DNA of 64,000 nt, from assembly GCA_034520965.1 (NCBI GenBank), contig JAXHMY010000002.1:547714-611713 (forward strand), written 5' to 3'. The stretch's first letter is position 1. Every line of letters starts with the position of its first letter. The notes beneath the pieces were generated by a model that was given only the letters and a program-made list of their open reading frames with translations, was not told the DNA's origin and searched no databases. Shown here piece after piece: positions 61,640-64,000 of this stretch. The stretch is from Spirochaetia bacterium (lineage in GTDB: Bacteria > Spirochaetota > Spirochaetia > DSM-16054 > Sediminispirochaetaceae). The translations under genes were made by a program, and so were the position numbers.

Positions 61640-62189
61640 TCAAGTGATTTGAGCGGTGACGGCCCCCACCTCTTCGTAGTGTGCGCCGTTAGGCTTCAGA
61701 ATCGATTTGTACAAAACTACCCGTTGTACAGTAAAACCGAAGGCAATATTGGTACCCTCGGTTTCCGGATCGGGCCAGTCGGTATGAGGTTTCACTCTGG
61801 CAATAGTAAGATGGGGTTTAAACTTTTTTCGTTCAGGAGGAGCATAATCAGTTAAATGCCCGGCCAGATCCTGCTGCAGTTTTTGACATTGCTGAATTCC
61901 CCCTTGCGGTACTAAATAGATGCACTCTTGCCGGTCCGCGTCGCGGGAAAACTCCTAAACCCCTGAAATCCAAATCAAAGGAGTTGAACGATGGTTTCAC
62001 AGCTTCCATGGCATCCAGCACCTGGGGAACTGCTTCTTCCTCTATCTCACCTAAAAAGTTGAGAGTTATATGTAATGCCTGCTGTGAGACCCACTTGAGC
62101 TTCGGATAGCGCCCCCGTAAAGATGCGGTACTTAAAATAATTTTCTCTTGCAGAGACTCAGGTATAGGAACAGCGGTAAAAACTCTCAT
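61640..62189 (-). CDS. thpR: RNA 2',3'-cyclic phosphodiesterase (2H family; frameshifted, 3' end approximate)
   Basis: MRVFTAV, HITLNFLGE, and a second HxT motif (KPHLTIAR) in another frame near 61795-61820. Confidence 0.88.
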
Positions 62190-62927
62190 ACTACTCCCTG
62201 CTGCAAAGTATTTAGTCGAAACCCTATCACATCCTCAATCACAGCGTATAGAAGTTTCTTCAAACCGGCCTGTTCAGTGCTGCTGAGCCCGATTGCCTCA
62301 GTCTGCTCCGGTGCCAAGCGGCCGGTATGCAGCAAGTATTTCCTGGCGGCCGGGCTTAAGCGGTGCAGCTCCGGCGAGAGAACACACTCTTGCCCCACAA
62401 ACTCCCCATCCTGCCAATACAATACATCCGTCCCGGTAATCTCGCGCCCACAGCCCGCACACAGGGCAAGGTCCGGTAGAAAGCCGGTAATATCGAGATA
62501 ACGCCACACAAACTGCAGATTTGCCCGCTCAACGTGCTGTGTATTTCCTAAAAACTTAAGTGATGCCTCCAGCAATAAAAAACAACTGACTATATTCGCT
62601 TCCTCCGCCGAAGGATTTGATTATTAGTTCGGACCAGAATAAGCCCGTGTAATAACGGTCTAAATCAGAGCGCAACTCTTCATGATAGCTGCGGGGCATA
62701 ATCTCGGCTACTCGGCAACGATCTTTAACCGGATCATGGTAAAGCAGAAAGTCACCCCTGGTAAACGGCTCGCTTACCCCGGAAAGTGTGCTCTTTCCCT
62801 TATATGCACCAAAAGCGGTCGCATGCAAAACCCCGAGGTCGGGGGAAATAATTACCAGGCCTTTATGGTACTCGCCAACCCTGTACGCCTTTAGAATCAC
62901 CCCTTCGGTGTGAAAGTTTCGAGCCAT
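62186..62927 (-). CDS. recO: DNA repair protein RecO (frameshift ~62575)
   Basis: TEGVILK...GE.H, A.GA, EPF, and G..PDL..C..CG...C zinc-finger region. Confidence 0.9.
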
Positions 62928-63102
62928 GAACCAATAATACGACACTGCCGCTTCAATGTACAGGGTCCGGCTTGATCGGGGCAGGTTTTCATTTGAGTAC
63001 ACAGGCCGATTTTCGATCACCTGCGGTAATGAGGGCTAAAGAAGCGTAGTATTTCTGCCGCCGATCCAGCCAGAATTCAGGAAACCTATCAGAGGAGGCT
63101 AT

Positions 63103-64000
63103 ATGTCAGATAGACAAATTATACCTGCCGATCAAATAATGCCGAACCACTTGTTTATAATGCCCCTTACGGGCAAACCAATTTTTCCCGGTATTTTTAC
63201 TCCCATAATGATTCAGGAAAAAGACGACATTGAAGTGATTGATAAAGCGATAAACGGCGACAGCATGATCGGACTTACCCTTACCCGGGATGAGGAAGAA
63301 TATGATGAAACTTCCAGCAAATACGGCCTGGAGCTGCACCAAATCGGTACCGTTGCAAAAATTGTAAAGAAAATATCGCGCAATCTCCCCACGGCGGGGA
63401 TAATGCATCCACACCAACCTTGAAACGTTTCAAGATTAAAAAGTTCCTATCCGAGGAGTATCCTTTAAGCGCCGCGGTGGAATACCTGGAAGATGAGAAC
63501 GATTCATCCGACGAAGTAAAGGCGCTTACCCGCTCGTTAATATCAGAGATGAAACAGCTATCCGAAAACAACCCTCTGTTTTCAGAAGAGATGCGCTTGA
63601 ATATGGTCAATATTGATCACCCCGGAAAAGTTGCCGACTTTATAACCTCTATTCTCAATATCCAGCGGGAGGAGCAGCAAAAGATACTCGAAACCGTAGA
63701 TGTGTACACGCGGATGGAATCTGTCTTGATGTATATCAAAAAAGAGCAGGAACTACTGAAGATCCAGAAAAAAATTCAGCAAGAGATCAATGAAAAGATA
63801 GAAAAAAGCCAACGGGATTACTTCCTCAAGGAAGAGCTGAAGAAGATTAAAGAGGAGTTGGGAATGCCCACCGACTCCAAAAGCAGCGAATACATGCGCT
63901 TCAAAGAGGCCATCGATAAGCTTGATCTTGAGGGGGAAGTAGAAGAGCAGGTTAAGCAGGAACTGGAGAAGTTCTCGCTGATGGACCCCAACAGTTCGAG
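63103..64000 (+). CDS. lon: ATP-dependent protease La (5' part; frameshift ~63380-63415; runs off the window)
   Basis: LON N-domain (PIFPGIF, IGTVAKI), then ELLKIQKKIQQEINEKIEKSQRDYFLKEELKKIKEELG; RBS GAGGAGG. Confidence 0.92.

Overview
A 64 kb stretch of core chromosome from a spirochaete, probably a free-living member of Spirochaetia. This assignment is inferred from the S21 sequence, the spirochaete-type PilZ, TPR, ComFB and RecJ proteins, and the gene neighbourhoods. The window carries about 55 genes, including uvrB, an HtrA protease, yifB/comM, rnhA, galM, a two-gene SufC/SufBD (SMS-type) Fe-S system, a CYTH protein, tRNA-Met(CAT), ttcA-like, mutL, phnDCE, gcvT, serC, serA-like, rpsU, recJ, thpR, recO and lon. 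Many housekeeping genes are split by single-base frameshifts, often at homopolymers, so these are most likely uncorrected long-read errors rather than pseudogenes. The main candidates for new biology are: (1) a pore-less voltage-sensor-domain protein ending in a HAMP-like domain; (2) an EIIA(Ntr)-PII-like fusion next to a cation:proton antiporter; (3) a divergent IS1-like element with perfect, internally palindromic 20-bp terminal repeats, sitting between two convergent PilZ genes; (4) a cluster of likely c-di-GMP receptors; (5) a TPR/inactive-Mrr + metallophosphoesterase + ParB/Srx-fold operon; (6) a very large SprA-like protein and tandem paralogous outer-membrane proteins; (7) a 13-bp stop/RBS tandem repeat before sufC, several leaderless-type promoters, and a probable ATC start codon for rpsU. 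All family assignments come from motif recognition by eye, not from database searches.
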